From Desulfosoma sp. (lineage in GTDB: Bacteria > Desulfobacterota > Syntrophobacteria > Syntrophobacterales > DSM-9756): a DNA stretch of 64,000 nucleotides. Positions 47,304 to 58,110 of the stretch are shown here, in pieces (within the stretch, counting starts at the first letter, position 1; each line of letters begins with the position of its first letter). The stretch covers positions 1-64,000 of the forward strand of contig JBBFKW010000001.1 in the NCBI GenBank assembly GCA_037481835.1. Reading direction: 5' to 3'. The position numbers and the translations under genes were made by a program. The notes under the pieces are model-generated. The model did not search any database. It was not told the origin of the DNA and saw only the letters and a program-made list of their open reading frames with translations.

Positions 47304-47728
47304 AATCCATCGCCAAAAAAATCGGCATCCGTTGTGAAAGATTGAGCCGACTCGAACACATCGCCAGCTCCGTGGACTCCTTCGCCGCCTACTCCCGGTC
47401 TCAGGACCTCAAGGACATCGTGGAGCGCAACCTCCAAATCGCCATCGAAGCCTGCGTGGATATGGGCGAAATGATCATCAGCCGAAAGGGCCTGAGAGAA
47501 CCCAAAGACACCAAAGACGTCTTCGTCGTCTTGGCGGAATGGGGTATCGTCGACGCCAAGAGCCTCGATTTTCTTATCCCCATGGCCGGAGCGCGAAACA
47601 TCCTGGTCCACGGCTATGACACGATTGATGATGCCGTGGTTTACGGGATTTTGAAGAAACACCTAAGCGACTTTCGTGTTTACCTGGAGCAGGTGCAACG
47701 TTTCGCCGACGCGGAGGAAGAATCGTGA
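47300..47728 (+). CDS. HEPN (DUF86/HepT-like) RNase toxin
   Basis: RNILVHGY (RX4HXY); ATGA coupling to the MNT gene. Confidence 0.9.
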   Translation: MKSIAKKIGIRCERLSRLEHIASSVDSFAAYSRSQDLKDIVERNLQIAIEACVDMGEMIISRKGLREPKDTKDVFVVLAEWGIVDAKSLDFLIPMAGARNILVHGYDTIDDAVVYGILKKHLSDFRVYLEQVQRFADAEEES

Positions 47729-47833
47729 AGGATTCTTTCTTGACATGCCGTGGAAGCCCATGGTATCGGATTTGCGCTTTATTTCGTAAGCAGTTTTTCA
47801 GGGCTTTTCCAGCGCAACGCAAGAGGGTGCGTG

Positions 47834-47887
47834 GTGCAGCGCGAGGTGATTTCCATTCGGTGGTCATGGTGGTGGCAGGCCTGGTGA
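47834..47887 (+). CDS. trpL: Trp-rich attenuator leader peptide (GTG start at 47831 or 47834)
   Basis: MQREVISIRWSWWWQAW*, with 5 Trp codons; AGAGGG upstream; followed by alternative hairpins and trpB2. Confidence 0.85.
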   Translation: MQREVISIRWSWWWQAW

Positions 47888-47928
47888 CGAGCCTGCCCAC
47901 CTGAGATCTTTGACGACGCACAAGATCG

Positions 47929-47971
47929 AGAGCCGTGGGTGAGGCCCCCTCCCCATGGCTCTTTTCGTTTT
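47929..47971 (+). terminator. Attenuator terminator A
   Basis: AGAGCCGTGGG..GAGG-cc-CCTC-CCCATGGCTCT followed by TTTCGTTTT. Confidence 0.75.
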
Positions 47972-47980
47972 GCAAACAAG

Positions 47981-48012
47981 GGCCATGGGGTGAAAACCTC
48001 ATGGCCTTTTTT
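47981..48012 (+). terminator. Attenuator terminator B
   Basis: GGCCATGGGGT-GAAA-ACCTCATGGCC followed by TTTTTT. Confidence 0.8.
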
Positions 48013-48051
48013 GTCGCTTGTTCTCATCAACGTTCAAACCAAGGAGGCGGT

Positions 48052-49413
48052 ATGGAACAGATCAAGGTGTTTTTAAACGAAAGCGAGATGCCCCGGCAAT
48101 GGTACAACATCCAGGCGGACCTCCCCACGCCCCTTCGCCCGCCGCTCCATCCCGCGACGGGACAGCCCATCAAGGCGGAGGATCTGGCCCCGGTCTTTCC
48201 CATGAACCTCATCGAACAAGAAGTCTCCACGCAACGCTGGATCCCCATCCCGGAGCCGGTTTTGGAAAAGTACGCCCTGTGGCGCCCAACCCCGCTCTAT
48301 CGCGCCCGCGGCCTGGAAAAGGCCCTGGGGACTCCGGCCAAGATCTTCTACAAGAACGAGGGCGTGAGCCCTCCCGGGTCTCACAAGCCCAACACGGCCG
48401 TCGCCCAGGCCTATTACAACAAGGTTTTCGGCATCAAAAGGCTGTCCACGGAAACCGGGGCCGGCCAATGGGGCAGCGCCCTCAGCATGGCCTGCCAGAT
48501 GTTCGGCCTCCAGTGCCGGGTGTTCATGGTCAAGGTGAGCTACAACCAAAAGCCTTATCGGCGGAGCATGATGGAAACGTGGGGGGCCGAATGCATCCCC
48601 AGCCCCAGCGACCGGACCCAGGCGGGCCGCAAGATCCTGGCCGAACACCCCGATTCTCCGGGAAGCCTGGGCATCGCCATCAGCGAAGCCATCGAAGACG
48701 CCGTGGGCGATCCCGAAGCCCGCTATTCCCTGGGAAGCGTCCTCAACCACGTGCTGCTGCACCAGACCATCATCGGATTGGAAGCCCACAAGCAGCTGGA
48801 AAAACTGGGCCTCTATCCCGACGTGGTCATGGGATGCGCCGGGGGCGGCAGCAATTTCGCCGGGTTGTGCCTGCCGTTCGTTCGCGACAAAATCCACGGC
48901 AAGAACGTGACGATCGTCGCCGCGGAACCCACCAGCTGCCCTACGCTCACCAAGGGCCCCTTCCGATACGACTTCGGGGATACGGCCATGACCACGCCGC
49001 TTCTCGCCATGCACACATTGGGCCATGATTTCGTTCCGGCGCCGATCCACGCGGGAGGGCTCCGATACCACGGCATGGCGCCCATCGTGAGTCACCTCCT
49101 GGAAGAGAAGCTCATCGAAGCCCGGGCCTTCGATCAGGTGGAAACCTTCACGGCCGGGGTGCAATGGGCGCGAGCGGAAGGCTTCATTCCGGCGCCGGAA
49201 ACCAACCACGCCATCGCCGCCGTGGTCCAGGAAGCCCTGCGGGCCAAGGAAGAAGGCAAGGAAAAGGTCATCCTGTTCAATTGGAGCGGCCACGGCCTGG
49301 TGGATATGGCCGCCTACGACGCGTTCCTGTCGGGGAAACTCACCCGCTACGAATTGCCCGATGAAGAAATCCGGCGCGCTCTGGCGGCCACGGACGCTTT
49401 TCCCAAGCCCTGA
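48052..49413 (+). CDS. trpB2: Tryptophan synthase beta chain type 2 (TrpB2)
   Basis: N-terminal [20 protein letters not shown] (PLP lysine), ETGAGQWG and GGGSNFAG. Confidence 0.95.
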   Translation: MEQIKVFLNESEMPRQWYNIQADLPTPLRPPLHPATGQPIKAEDLAPVFPMNLIEQEVSTQRWIPIPEPVLEKYALWRPTPLYRARGLEKALGTPAKIFYKNEGVSPPGSHKPNTAVAQAYYNKVFGIKRLSTETGAGQWGSALSMACQMFGLQCRVFMVKVSYNQKPYRRSMMETWGAECIPSPSDRTQAGRKILAEHPDSPGSLGIAISEAIEDAVGDPEARYSLGSVLNHVLLHQTIIGLEAHKQLEKLGLYPDVVMGCAGGGSNFAGLCLPFVRDKIHGKNVTIVAAEPTSCPTLTKGPFRYDFGDTAMTTPLLAMHTLGHDFVPAPIHAGGLRYHGMAPIVSHLLEEKLIEARAFDQVETFTAGVQWARAEGFIPAPETNHAIAAVVQEALRAKEEGKEKVILFNWSGHGLVDMAAYDAFLSGKLTRYELPDEEIRRALAATDAFPKP

Positions 49414-49505
49414 GCCGAAAAAGAAACGCCAAAGAACGCGGATGAAGCGAACGGTTTTTTTCGGTGGCGCCGGGTCACCGCCCCGGCCTGAAAGTGAAAC
49501 GAGCC

Positions 49506-49802
49506 ATGGAAGCGCAGGATATCATGGCGCGGATCGACGCGCTGGAAACCCGCTGCCCCAAACTGGGACACGAGGTGACCTTCGGCTATTGCCGGCGGGA
49601 AGCCGGGGCCCTGCCCTGCCCGCGGGCTCTGGGGTGCTGGAGCCATCGGTTTTCCGTGGATTTGGTCCTTCGCACGATCCTCGGCCCGGTGGCTTTTGAG
49701 GCGGCCTTCGGGGCGGAACCCAAAAGCCGCGTCCAGAACCTCATGGAAGCCATTGAAGCGGCCAAGGCCCGCTGCGCCTCTCCGCCTCACGGTGACTCGT
49801 GA
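49506..49802 (+). CDS. Hypothetical Cys-containing protein
   Basis: RCPKLGHEVTFGYCR..LPC..LGCW pattern; host-like codon usage. Confidence 0.7.
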   Translation: MEAQDIMARIDALETRCPKLGHEVTFGYCRREAGALPCPRALGCWSHRFSVDLVLRTILGPVAFEAAFGAEPKSRVQNLMEAIEAAKARCASPPHGDS

Positions 49803-50039
49803 GCCTTAAGGCCGCCTCCTGCACAAGAGCCGCAAATGCAGGGTGGGGGGAGCCCGGCGACCCCCCAGCCCCGCACCCATCATGGAGCCCAACGCACCGT
49901 CGGCGCATCCGCGAAGGAAGCGACCGCTATGAAACTCGATCCGAACGCGCCGGACCCTCCCACATCCATTCTTTGTAGTCTTGGAGCGGCCCGCGACGGT
50001 GACCGAGCATGAACACCAATCCAATGAAAGGAGCGTCCC

Positions 50040-51023
50040 ATGCACCGCATCCACCGTTCGGCAAAGCCTTTCGGAATCATCGTGGGATTCTGTCTCCTGT
50101 GCGGCTTAGCTCCGCTTTTCCCCACTCTTGCGGCGGCCTACGATCTTCCGCCGGTGAACCTGGGCTTTACGAGCTTTCTCGACGGCGGGCCTCCCGCCGG
50201 TCCCGGATTCTATTTCACGCAATACATCCAGTACTGGACCTCCGATTCCTTCCGCGACAAAAACGGCGACCCTCTCTTCCCCGGCGTGGTGGACGAAGAC
50301 CTGTCCGTCTGGATCAGCCTCACCCAATTCATCTACCAGAGCAACCAGCCCGTGCTCCTGGGAGGCAAATGGGGCCTGGACGTCATCATCCCTTATGTTT
50401 CCGCCGACTTGGACTATGCCATTGACGCGCCGCTGCCGGAGGCCAACAGCGCCGGGTTCGGCGATCTCCTCGTCGGGCCCTTTCTCCAATGGGACCCCGT
50501 CATGGGCCCCGCCGGGCCGCGTTTCATGCACCGTGTGGAATTCCAGCTGATTTTCCCTACGGGGAAATACGATTCGGATCGGGAAATCAATCCGGGGAGC
50601 AACTTTTTCAGCTTTAACCCCTATTGGGCCGGCACCTTGTTCATCACTCCACGGTGGACGGCAAGCACCCGCATCCACTACCTCTGGAACGCCAAGAACA
50701 ACGACCCCAACCGGGCCTTCGCGGGAGCCGACGATACCCAGGCGGGCCAGGCCGTGCATCTGAATTTCGCAACCGCCTATGAAATCCTCCCCAAAAGGCT
50801 GCGCCTGGGCCTGAACGGCTACTACCTGAAACAGATTACCGACACCCAGGTGGACGGCCATGACGTGGGCGGCCGAAAAGAGCAGGTGTTCGCCTTGGGT
50901 CCGGGATTCGTGATCCATTTTTCCAAGGACACCCACTTTTTCTTCAACCTGTATTTTGAAACGGCGGCGGAAAACCGCCCGGAAGGCGAACGGCTCAACT
51001 TCCGCATCGTCCACCACTTTTGA
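50040..51023 (+). CDS. Outer-membrane beta-barrel of the phenol-degradation MetA-pathway/SphA family
   Basis: Signal peptide; [24 protein letters not shown]-terminal Phe. Confidence 0.85.
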   Translation: MHRIHRSAKPFGIIVGFCLLCGLAPLFPTLAAAYDLPPVNLGFTSFLDGGPPAGPGFYFTQYIQYWTSDSFRDKNGDPLFPGVVDEDLSVWISLTQFIYQSNQPVLLGGKWGLDVIIPYVSADLDYAIDAPLPEANSAGFGDLLVGPFLQWDPVMGPAGPRFMHRVEFQLIFPTGKYDSDREINPGSNFFSFNPYWAGTLFITPRWTASTRIHYLWNAKNNDPNRAFAGADDTQAGQAVHLNFATAYEILPKRLRLGLNGYYLKQITDTQVDGHDVGGRKEQVFALGPGFVIHFSKDTHFFFNLYFETAAENRPEGERLNFRIVHHF

Positions 51024-51235
51024 GAGAGGCCGGGGGCTGGGCTCCCGACGGCGATCCGTTGGGCCGCAAGGCCCCCCTCCTACGGCCGAATCCCAATCGT
51101 TGGGCCTGCTGTGGCGGGGTTCGTAAACCCAGAGCCCACTGTCTCACACAAACGCGGGAGAGCGCCGGGATGAGGGGGCTTTGCCTTCCCCCATCCCGAG
51201 CACCCTTCGGACGCGGGGGGCTCCCCGCCCGGGCT

Positions 51236-52444
51236 CTACGCCCCGGGGGCGGCGTCCCGCCGCTTTTCCGGTGGGATGTATTCGCAGTCCAGTTTACCGC
51301 AGTAGTCGCCCACATATTCGGCCTGAGGCCGGTAGAGGGCGGGCTTTCCCTGCGCGTCCCCGTATTTTTCTTCGATGATGTGGGCGCACCAGCCGGCGAT
51401 CCGTGAAGCCGCAAAAATGCATGTCATGAGGTCTCCCGGAAAGCCCAGGATGTGGTAGACCGAGGCGCTGTAAAAATCCACGTTGGGCTGAATGTCCGTC
51501 TTGCCTCGGGCGTTCAGTTCGGCCATGGCCGCCTTTTCGATGGCTTCCGTGAGTTCGGGCCAGATCCGCTGCCCGGTCTTTTCTCCCAGCTCAAAAGCCA
51601 GTTTCTTAAGGATCTTCGCTCGAGGGTCCATGGTCTTGTAGACGGCATGGCCCATGCCCATGATCCTTTCCTTGCGCTCCAATCGATCCCTGACCCACCC
51701 TTGAATGTCCGTCACCCCGTCCTGCACGATCTTTTGAAGCATTTCCATGACGCGGGCGTTGGCGCCCCCGTGCAGTTCTCCGGACAGGGCCCCGACTCCC
51801 GCCGCCACGCCGGCGTACATGTGGGCCCGAGTAGACACCACTTCCCGGCAGGCGAACGTGGACGCGTTGAAGGTATGGTCGGCATGGAGGATGAGGCAGA
51901 TGTCCATGACGCGGGCCGTGGGGGCGTCGGGGACGATGCCGAAGGTCTGCCACAGGAAATTGCCGGCATGGGTCAGTGTGTCATCGGGCGGGAGGACTTC
52001 CAGTCCCTGGCGGATCCGGTGCCATGCCGCCACCACAGCCGGAATGCGGGCCGTGAGGCGAAGCGCTTTCCTCAGGTTCGCCTGGCGGCTTTCATCGAAA
52101 AGATCCGGATCGGCCATGGCCAGGAGAGGCACCGCGGCCTGCAGGGCGTCCATGGGATGGGCCGAACGGGGCCATTGTTTCATGCTTTCCACGACGAAAT
52201 CGGGAAGAGTGCGCGCGGCCCGGAGCTCGGCTTCGAAAGCCGAAAGCTGCTCGGGAGTCGGCAGGACTTCGTAAAAGAGCAGGTAGGTCGTTTCGGGAAA
52301 CGTGGAATTTTCGGCCAGGTCTTCGATGCGATACCCCCGGTAAATGAGCACGCCCCGTTCTCCGTCGATGTAACTGATCTTCGTGTCGGCGACGGCGATC
52401 CCTCGAAGCCCGATGTTTTTGGTGCGGACGGTCCTTTCGGTCAT
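51236..52444 (-). CDS. gltA: Citrate synthase
   Basis: GLRGI, HADHTFNASTF, LHGGAN, GMGHAVYK..DPR and PNVDFYS. Confidence 0.93.
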   Translation of the reverse strand: MTERTVRTKNIGLRGIAVADTKISYIDGERGVLIYRGYRIEDLAENSTFPETTYLLFYEVLPTPEQLSAFEAELRAARTLPDFVVESMKQWPRSAHPMDALQAAVPLLAMADPDLFDESRQANLRKALRLTARIPAVVAAWHRIRQGLEVLPPDDTLTHAGNFLWQTFGIVPDAPTARVMDICLILHADHTFNASTFACREVVSTRAHMYAGVAAGVGALSGELHGGANARVMEMLQKIVQDGVTDIQGWVRDRLERKERIMGMGHAVYKTMDPRAKILKKLAFELGEKTGQRIWPELTEAIEKAAMAELNARGKTDIQPNVDFYSASVYHILGFPGDLMTCIFAASRIAGWCAHIIEEKYGDAQGKPALYRPQAEYVGDYCGKLDCEYIPPEKRRDAAPGA

Positions 52445-52469
52445 GGCGCTCCTCCTGTGCGTGGGTGCG

Positions 52470-53246
52470 TTATTTTTCCAAAATAAAACGTCCCGCCCAG
52501 GCCGCAAGGACGTTCCCCACATAGCGGGCGTCGCGCTTGTCGGAAAGGAGGTGATCCGCTCCGTCCAAGGCGATGAAGCTCTTGGGATGGCGCGCCGCGC
52601 GAAAGATCCGCTCCCCGTTTTCCACGGGCACCACGGTGTCCCCCGGAGCGTGAAAGATCAGGAGGGCCCTGTCCAGCGCGGCAAGACGGCGTTCCACGTC
52701 CTCATCGGGTGTTTCCTCCAGGAAACCCCGCCCCACGCGAACCGCCTTCCCCCCCAGTTGGATCGTCACCACGCCGTCGCGCTCCAAAGGGGCCCGAAAC
52801 GGGCGCAGCAGTCTGGCCACATGCCCGGGGTTGAAGGGAGCTCCGATGACGGCCACCGCCCGGCACGAGGCCACCGCCGGCGCTGCATGGAGCACCGCCG
52901 CACCGCCCAGGGAATGGCCCACGAGGACCGCCGGAGCCATGCCCCTTTCGGCGAGAAAAGCCGCCGCGGCGTCCACGTCGTCCATATGGGAGACGAAGTG
53001 GGTTTGGGCAAAATCGCCTTCGCTTTCGCCGAGGCCCGTAAAATCGAACCTGAAAAGCCCATAGCCGGAATCGGTCAGGGCCCGGGAGATGTGCATCACG
53101 GCGCTCAGATTCTTGGAGCAGGTAAAACAATGGGCAAAGAGGACCACGGCTCGAGGCGGCCCTTGCGAGGGGCTGTCCAGTCGCCCCGAAAGTTTTTGAC
53201 CGCGACGGTTTTCAAAAAGGAAAGATTCGACCCGCATCGTCCGCAC
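52470..53246 (-). CDS. Alpha/beta hydrolase
   Basis: HCFTCSK, RFDFTGLGESEG, GHSLGG and ADHL. Confidence 0.9.
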   Translation of the reverse strand: MRTMRVESFLFENRRGQKLSGRLDSPSQGPPRAVVLFAHCFTCSKNLSAVMHISRALTDSGYGLFRFDFTGLGESEGDFAQTHFVSHMDDVDAAAAFLAERGMAPAVLVGHSLGGAAVLHAAPAVASCRAVAVIGAPFNPGHVARLLRPFRAPLERDGVVTIQLGGKAVRVGRGFLEETPDEDVERRLAALDRALLIFHAPGDTVVPVENGERIFRAARHPKSFIALDGADHLLSDKRDARYVGNVLAAWAGRFILEK

Positions 53247-53305
53247 GCCTTTTCATCAAGGGGGGTTGTTAAGCTTTCTTGAGCCGGGCGAAGGACGGCA
53301 AGCGG

Positions 53306-53791
53306 TTACGCCTCGAGAACACGGCGCATGACGGTTTCCACGGCCCGCTGCATCCCCGGCTTTTCGCTTTCTCGAGGGCCGGCCACATTGAGCACCCGGA
53401 TGCGGTGGGTTTCCCCCCACCGGCGGATGTGCGCCGCGACGGCGTCGGGCTGGGCCGCTCCGTCCAGGGACACGACGAGGAGCGGCTTTTTGTGCTGCTG
53501 CGCCAATCGAATGGTGAGCGCCGTGCCTCCGGAAGGCTTTCCCCGGGTGAAGACAAGGGTTCCGTCCGAATCCAAGACGTTGGCTTCCGTTCGAGCTTGA
53601 TAAGCGGCGGATTCGTGTTCTTGGAGCGGGTATCGCTCGGGAACGCGGCCGTCTTCGGCTCGGCGCCCCTTGGGACACCATCCGCCGCAGGGCCGGCCCA
53701 AGGCCAAGGCGGCGTCGAGGGCCCCGCGGTCGGCTCCCGTCTGGCCTCCGGAAACGATTTTCTGGAAGATGACCTCGTCTTCATATGTCAC
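53306..53791 (-). CDS. Putative molybdenum carrier / cpYpsA SLOG-family protein
   Basis: KIVSGGQTGADRGALD, GGWCPKGR, RTEANVLDSDGT and LNVAGPRES; GTGA overlap with comF. Confidence 0.85.
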   Translation of the reverse strand: MTYEDEVIFQKIVSGGQTGADRGALDAALALGRPCGGWCPKGRRAEDGRVPERYPLQEHESAAYQARTEANVLDSDGTLVFTRGKPSGGTALTIRLAQQHKKPLLVVSLDGAAQPDAVAAHIRRWGETHRIRVLNVAGPRESEKPGMQRAVETVMRRVLEA

Positions 53792-54600
53792 GGCGGCTCT
53801 TTCCTTGCAACCGGCGCCCCGGGCCCGAGGGCCACCCGAGCCACGGTCACCGCACCGACCCAGGCGGCCCCGGCGTCCTTCAAGGCGTCGGCGCATTCGC
53901 TGAGGGTCGTTCCCGTGGTAAACACATCGTCCAGGAGGACCACGGCTTTTCCGGCGACCGCTTCGGGGCGGGCGACCACAAAGGCGCCGCGCACGTTTCG
54001 CAATCGCTCCTCCCGGGAAAGGCGCGTCTGGGGCCGCGTGAAACGCGCCCGCCGGAGCGCGTCCACGACAACCGGTCGGGAACACATCCGGCCCGCAAAC
54101 CGAGCCAGCAGCACCGCCTGATTGTATCCCCGGCGCCGCACCCGACGAAGATGCATGGGGACGGGAAGGATCACGTCGCTGCGATCCAGGAGATGGCGTG
54201 TTGGGGGATGAAGCGCCGCCAATCGTCCCAAGGCCGGCGCCCAGTGGAGTTTCCCGCCGAATTTGAGCTGGAGGATGCCGCGCCGAACAGTTCCCTCATA
54301 GATCGCCGCCGATCGGGCGGCATCGAACCGGAAGTGATCCGAAAGGCATTCGCCGCACAGGTGATCGGGCATGGCTTCCGAAGAGCTATAGGGACGACCG
54401 CACCGGGGGCACAGGGGAGAAAGGACGAAGGAGAGCCCTTGAAAACAGGCGCGGCACCACGTGGGATCCGGCCCATCACCGGAAGGCCTCCCACAGGCGG
54501 CGCAGCGCGGAGGGAAGAGCACGTCGGCCGCCCAGGAAAGAACCCGGGAGGTCATGCCCAGGAGCGCCTCACGGCGATGGGGCGTGAAGGCGGAGGCCAT
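53788..54600 (-). CDS. comF: ComF family protein (double zinc ribbon + PRTase)
   Basis: CxxC pairs, RGYNQA and LLDDVFTTGTT. Confidence 0.92.
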   Translation of the reverse strand: MASAFTPHRREALLGMTSRVLSWAADVLFPPRCAACGRPSGDGPDPTWCRACFQGLSFVLSPLCPRCGRPYSSSEAMPDHLCGECLSDHFRFDAARSAAIYEGTVRRGILQLKFGGKLHWAPALGRLAALHPPTRHLLDRSDVILPVPMHLRRVRRRGYNQAVLLARFAGRMCSRPVVVDALRRARFTRPQTRLSREERLRNVRGAFVVARPEAVAGKAVVLLDDVFTTGTTLSECADALKDAGAAWVGAVTVARVALGPGAPVARKEPP

Positions 54601-54705
54601 GGGGAAAAAACCTTTTTCGGCTAGGGGGCATCCTTTGCGAGCCGGACGACGCCGTGCCATGGGGGCATATGGATTCGCCGTCATACCCCCAGGCGGTGGG
54701 GCCTC

Positions 54706-54732
54706 CTTTGCGCCTTTGCGTCTTTGCGCGAG
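54706..54732. repeat. Three CTTTGCG units with an 8-bp period
   Basis: CTTTGCGC CTTTGCGT CTTTGCGCGAG between icd and comF. Confidence 0.6.
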
Positions 54733-54771
54733 ACTTTTTGATCTCGCCCCAAGCCGCTCTTTTCTCTCGCA

Positions 54772-56010
54772 TTAGATTCCCAGGCGGTCGATGACGGCGT
54801 CGGCAAATTCGGAGCATTTCACTTCCCGGGCGCCGTCCATCTGCCGAGCCAGATCGTAGGTGACGATCTTGTCCGAGACGGTCTGTTCCACCCCCTTTTC
54901 CACCAATCGGGCCGCTTCCACCCAGCCCATGTATTCCAACATCATGGCTCCGGACAAGATCACCGAACCGGGGTTCACCTTATCCTGGCCCGCATATTTG
55001 GGCGCCGTCCCGTGGGTGGCTTCGAACAGGGCGCATCGGTCGCCGATGTTGGCGCCGGGCGCCATGCCCAATCCGCCCACCTGTGCGGCCAAGGCGTCCG
55101 ACAGATAATCGCCGTTGAGGTTCGGGGTGGCCAGCACATGGTATTCTTCGGGGCGCAGCAAGGCTTGCTGGAACATGGCATCGGCGATCCGATCCTTGAT
55201 GACGACCTTCCCTGCAGGGACATCCCCGCCCCACCGGGACGCGACCTCTTCTTCCGTGACCGTCCGGTCGGCGAATTCGCGGGCGGCCAGTTCATAGCCC
55301 CACTGGCGAAACGCCCCTTCGGTGTACTTCATGATGTTTCCCTTGTGCACCAGCGTCACGGACGCCAGCCCGCGCTCCAGGGCATAGTGGATGGCGCGGC
55401 GCACCAGCCGCTCCGTCCCGAAGCGGCTCATGGGCTTGACCCCGATGCCCGAATGTTCGGGCACGCAGATCCCCATTTCCTCGCAGAGGAACGCGCGCAC
55501 CTTTTCCGCTTCCTTGGATCCGGCCGGCCATTCGATCCCGGCGTAGACGTCTTCCGTGTTTTCCCGAAAGACCACCATGTGAACCCGTTCCGGGTGTTTC
55601 ATGGGCGAGGGCACTCCGCGGATCCAGCGCACGGGCCGCACACAGGCGTAGAGGTCCAGCACCTGGCGAAGGGTTACGTTGAGGCTCCGCATGCCGCCCC
55701 CGACCGGCGTGGTCAGCGGCCCCTTTATGGCCACGACGCACCGGCGGATATCTTCCACCGTTTGGTCCGGAAGCCATTGCCCGGTCTGCGCCGCGGCCTT
55801 TTCGCCCGCAAGGAGTTCCTTCCACGCGATTTCCTTGGAGCCGCCGTAGGCCGAGCGAACCGCGGCATCCAAAACCCTCTGAGCCGCCGCCCAAATGTCC
55901 GGTCCCGTACCGTCCCCTTCGATAAAGCCGATCACGGGCCGATCCGGCACATGCATGCGCCCGTGATCGTCCATGGTGATCCATTGTCCATCCTTGGCCA
56001 TCGTCTGCAC
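54772..56010 (-). CDS. icd: NADP-dependent isocitrate dehydrogenase
   Basis: [37 protein letters not shown] and [12 protein letters not shown]. Confidence 0.96.
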   Translation of the reverse strand: MQTMAKDGQWITMDDHGRMHVPDRPVIGFIEGDGTGPDIWAAAQRVLDAAVRSAYGGSKEIAWKELLAGEKAAAQTGQWLPDQTVEDIRRCVVAIKGPLTTPVGGGMRSLNVTLRQVLDLYACVRPVRWIRGVPSPMKHPERVHMVVFRENTEDVYAGIEWPAGSKEAEKVRAFLCEEMGICVPEHSGIGVKPMSRFGTERLVRRAIHYALERGLASVTLVHKGNIMKYTEGAFRQWGYELAAREFADRTVTEEEVASRWGGDVPAGKVVIKDRIADAMFQQALLRPEEYHVLATPNLNGDYLSDALAAQVGGLGMAPGANIGDRCALFEATHGTAPKYAGQDKVNPGSVILSGAMMLEYMGWVEAARLVEKGVEQTVSDKIVTYDLARQMDGAREVKCSEFADAVIDRLGI

Positions 56011-56042
56011 TTTCGCCGTCCTTTCTTTTCAAAAACTGGCCG

Positions 56043-56984
56043 TTACGACCGGGCTCGCAACGCGATGAGGACCCATTCGCCGTCCTGATACCGGTGTTCG
56101 AACCCAAACCCCACTTGTTCGTAGCGGGAGATCACGGCGGCGGCCTGGTCTGAAAGTACGCCGCACAGGCCGAGCCGTCCGCCGGGTTCCACCTTTCGGG
56201 CGAGCACCTCCGCCATGGCCATGAGAGGCCCCGCCTGGATGTTGGCAACAACGACGGAAAAGGATCCCGGCGCCTCATCGGCCGTCCCCGCGAGGAATCG
56301 GACCGAGGCGGCCTCGGGGTTCAAGGCCCGGTTTTCTTCGGCGATGCTCACGGCTTCCGGGTCGTTATCCACGCCGAGGACGGGCCGGAATCCGAGAAGG
56401 GCCCCGGCCATGGCCAGGATGCCCGATCCCGTGCCCACATCGAGAAGGGACGGCGGGACGGAGCGAGGCCATTCCCCGATGACCTCTTCGAGCCATCGCA
56501 GGCACAGGCGTGTCGTTTCATGGTGGCCGGTGCCGAAGGCCATGCCAGGGTCGATGGTGAGCACCAGATCGTCCGGGTTCGGCCGGTAGGTTTCCCACGT
56601 GGGAACGATGACCAAACGGCGCCCGACCCTAAGGGGCTTGAATCCTTCCTTCCAGCGCGCGTTCCAATCCATGTCTTCGCAAAACCCATAGCGCACGGGA
56701 TCGGTCGGAGGCAACCCCCAGGCGGATCGAAGCTGCGCCACGGTTTCTTCCAGATCCTTTTTCCAACAGGGAGGCGCGGACTGCGCCGGAAGGTAGAGGC
56801 GCACCCTGGTCTCTTCCACCTGGGCGCCGATGCCGAATTTTTCGGCCAAGACGGCCGCCATTTCATCGCACCAGGCTTCCTCGCAGAACACGTCGGCCGT
56901 CCACCACCCTTTGGGAGCGGGGGGTGAGGGGTCCAATCGTTTCTTTGCATGAGCATCCGGCAATGGTAAGGTTCCTTTCGTCAA
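56043..56984 (-). CDS. prmA: Ribosomal protein L11 methyltransferase
   Basis: IDPGMAFGTGHHETT, LDVGTGSGILA and VVANI. Confidence 0.93.
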   Translation of the reverse strand: MTKGTLPLPDAHAKKRLDPSPPAPKGWWTADVFCEEAWCDEMAAVLAEKFGIGAQVEETRVRLYLPAQSAPPCWKKDLEETVAQLRSAWGLPPTDPVRYGFCEDMDWNARWKEGFKPLRVGRRLVIVPTWETYRPNPDDLVLTIDPGMAFGTGHHETTRLCLRWLEEVIGEWPRSVPPSLLDVGTGSGILAMAGALLGFRPVLGVDNDPEAVSIAEENRALNPEAASVRFLAGTADEAPGSFSVVVANIQAGPLMAMAEVLARKVEPGGRLGLCGVLSDQAAAVISRYEQVGFGFEHRYQDGEWVLIALRARS

Positions 56985-57040
56985 CGCATAGGTGAGAGCA
57001 CGGCATCATAGCAGAAGAGTTTTTTTTGCGGGAGGGTTTC

Positions 57041-57790
57041 ATGGCCGTAACCGCCATCATTCCGGCTCGGTATGCATCCACACGGTTTCCCGGGAAACCC
57101 CTGGCGCCCATTCTGGGAAAGCCCATGATCCAGTGGGTGGTGGAGCGCCTTCGGGGCTGTGCCGCGCTGGATCGGATCGCGGTGGCTTCCGACGACGAAC
57201 GCATCCTGGCCGTGGTGCGTTCCCTGGGCGCGGACGCAATTCCGACCCGCTCGGACCATCCCACCGGCACGGATCGGCTGGCCGAAGCGGCCCGAAAGCT
57301 CGGCCTCGGCCCCGGCGATTGGGTTGTGAACGTCCAAGGAGACGAACCCGAAGTCCATGCGGCCATGGTGGACGCGTTGGTCCGGGTCGCCTTGGAAGAT
57401 CCCCAGGTTCCGATGGCCACGCTGGCCTATGAGACGGCCGATTCCGAAGCGTACGCCGATCCCAACGTGGTGAAGGTGGTGACGGACCGAAACGGACGGG
57501 CCCTCTACTTTTCCCGGGCCCCCGTTCCCTGGCGGCGCGACGCCTCTGACGTCCCTGTGCGTTTTTTGAAGCACCTGGGTTTTTATGCCTACCGGGCGGA
57601 TTTTCTCCAAACCTTCGCGGCCCTGCCCCCGACCCCTCTGGAGGTGACCGAAAAGCTGGAGCAGCTTCGAGCGTTGGAGCACGGCTATGAGATCCGGGTG
57701 GGGCTTTCCCCCAGGGATTCCCTGGGGATCGACACCCCTGAGGACCTCATGCGCCTCGAGGCACGGTGGCGCGCCGCCGGCGCGCCCTGA
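57041..57790 (+). CDS. kdsB: 3-deoxy-manno-octulosonate cytidylyltransferase
   Basis: IPARYASTRFPGKPL, NVQGDEP and LEQLRALE. Confidence 0.96.
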   Translation: MAVTAIIPARYASTRFPGKPLAPILGKPMIQWVVERLRGCAALDRIAVASDDERILAVVRSLGADAIPTRSDHPTGTDRLAEAARKLGLGPGDWVVNVQGDEPEVHAAMVDALVRVALEDPQVPMATLAYETADSEAYADPNVVKVVTDRNGRALYFSRAPVPWRRDASDVPVRFLKHLGFYAYRADFLQTFAALPPTPLEVTEKLEQLRALEHGYEIRVGLSPRDSLGIDTPEDLMRLEARWRAAGAP

Positions 57791-58110
57791 GATCCCCCGT
57801 TTTTTCTCGAAGACGGATGCCGGAGAAAAGCAGATGGATTTCGACGAAGCCGCCAAGAAGGAACTTCGATAACCTGACAAACCCTTTCCCAGACGAATCC
57901 TCTCGTTGCTCCCCAATCGCTTCACCCCCCCCACTCGATGATCCACGCCTTATCGGGAAAGCCCTGAGGTCCCACCGAGGGGGGCCCGTGACGTCCGCTG
58001 GTTTTCATGAGTCTTGCCAGTGCGGATTTTATCGATACAATGGCATGATTTGCAGAAGCCCGTTCGTTGCGGGCAAGAACGCATCCCCAGGGGGAAGGAG
58101 CCAACATTTC

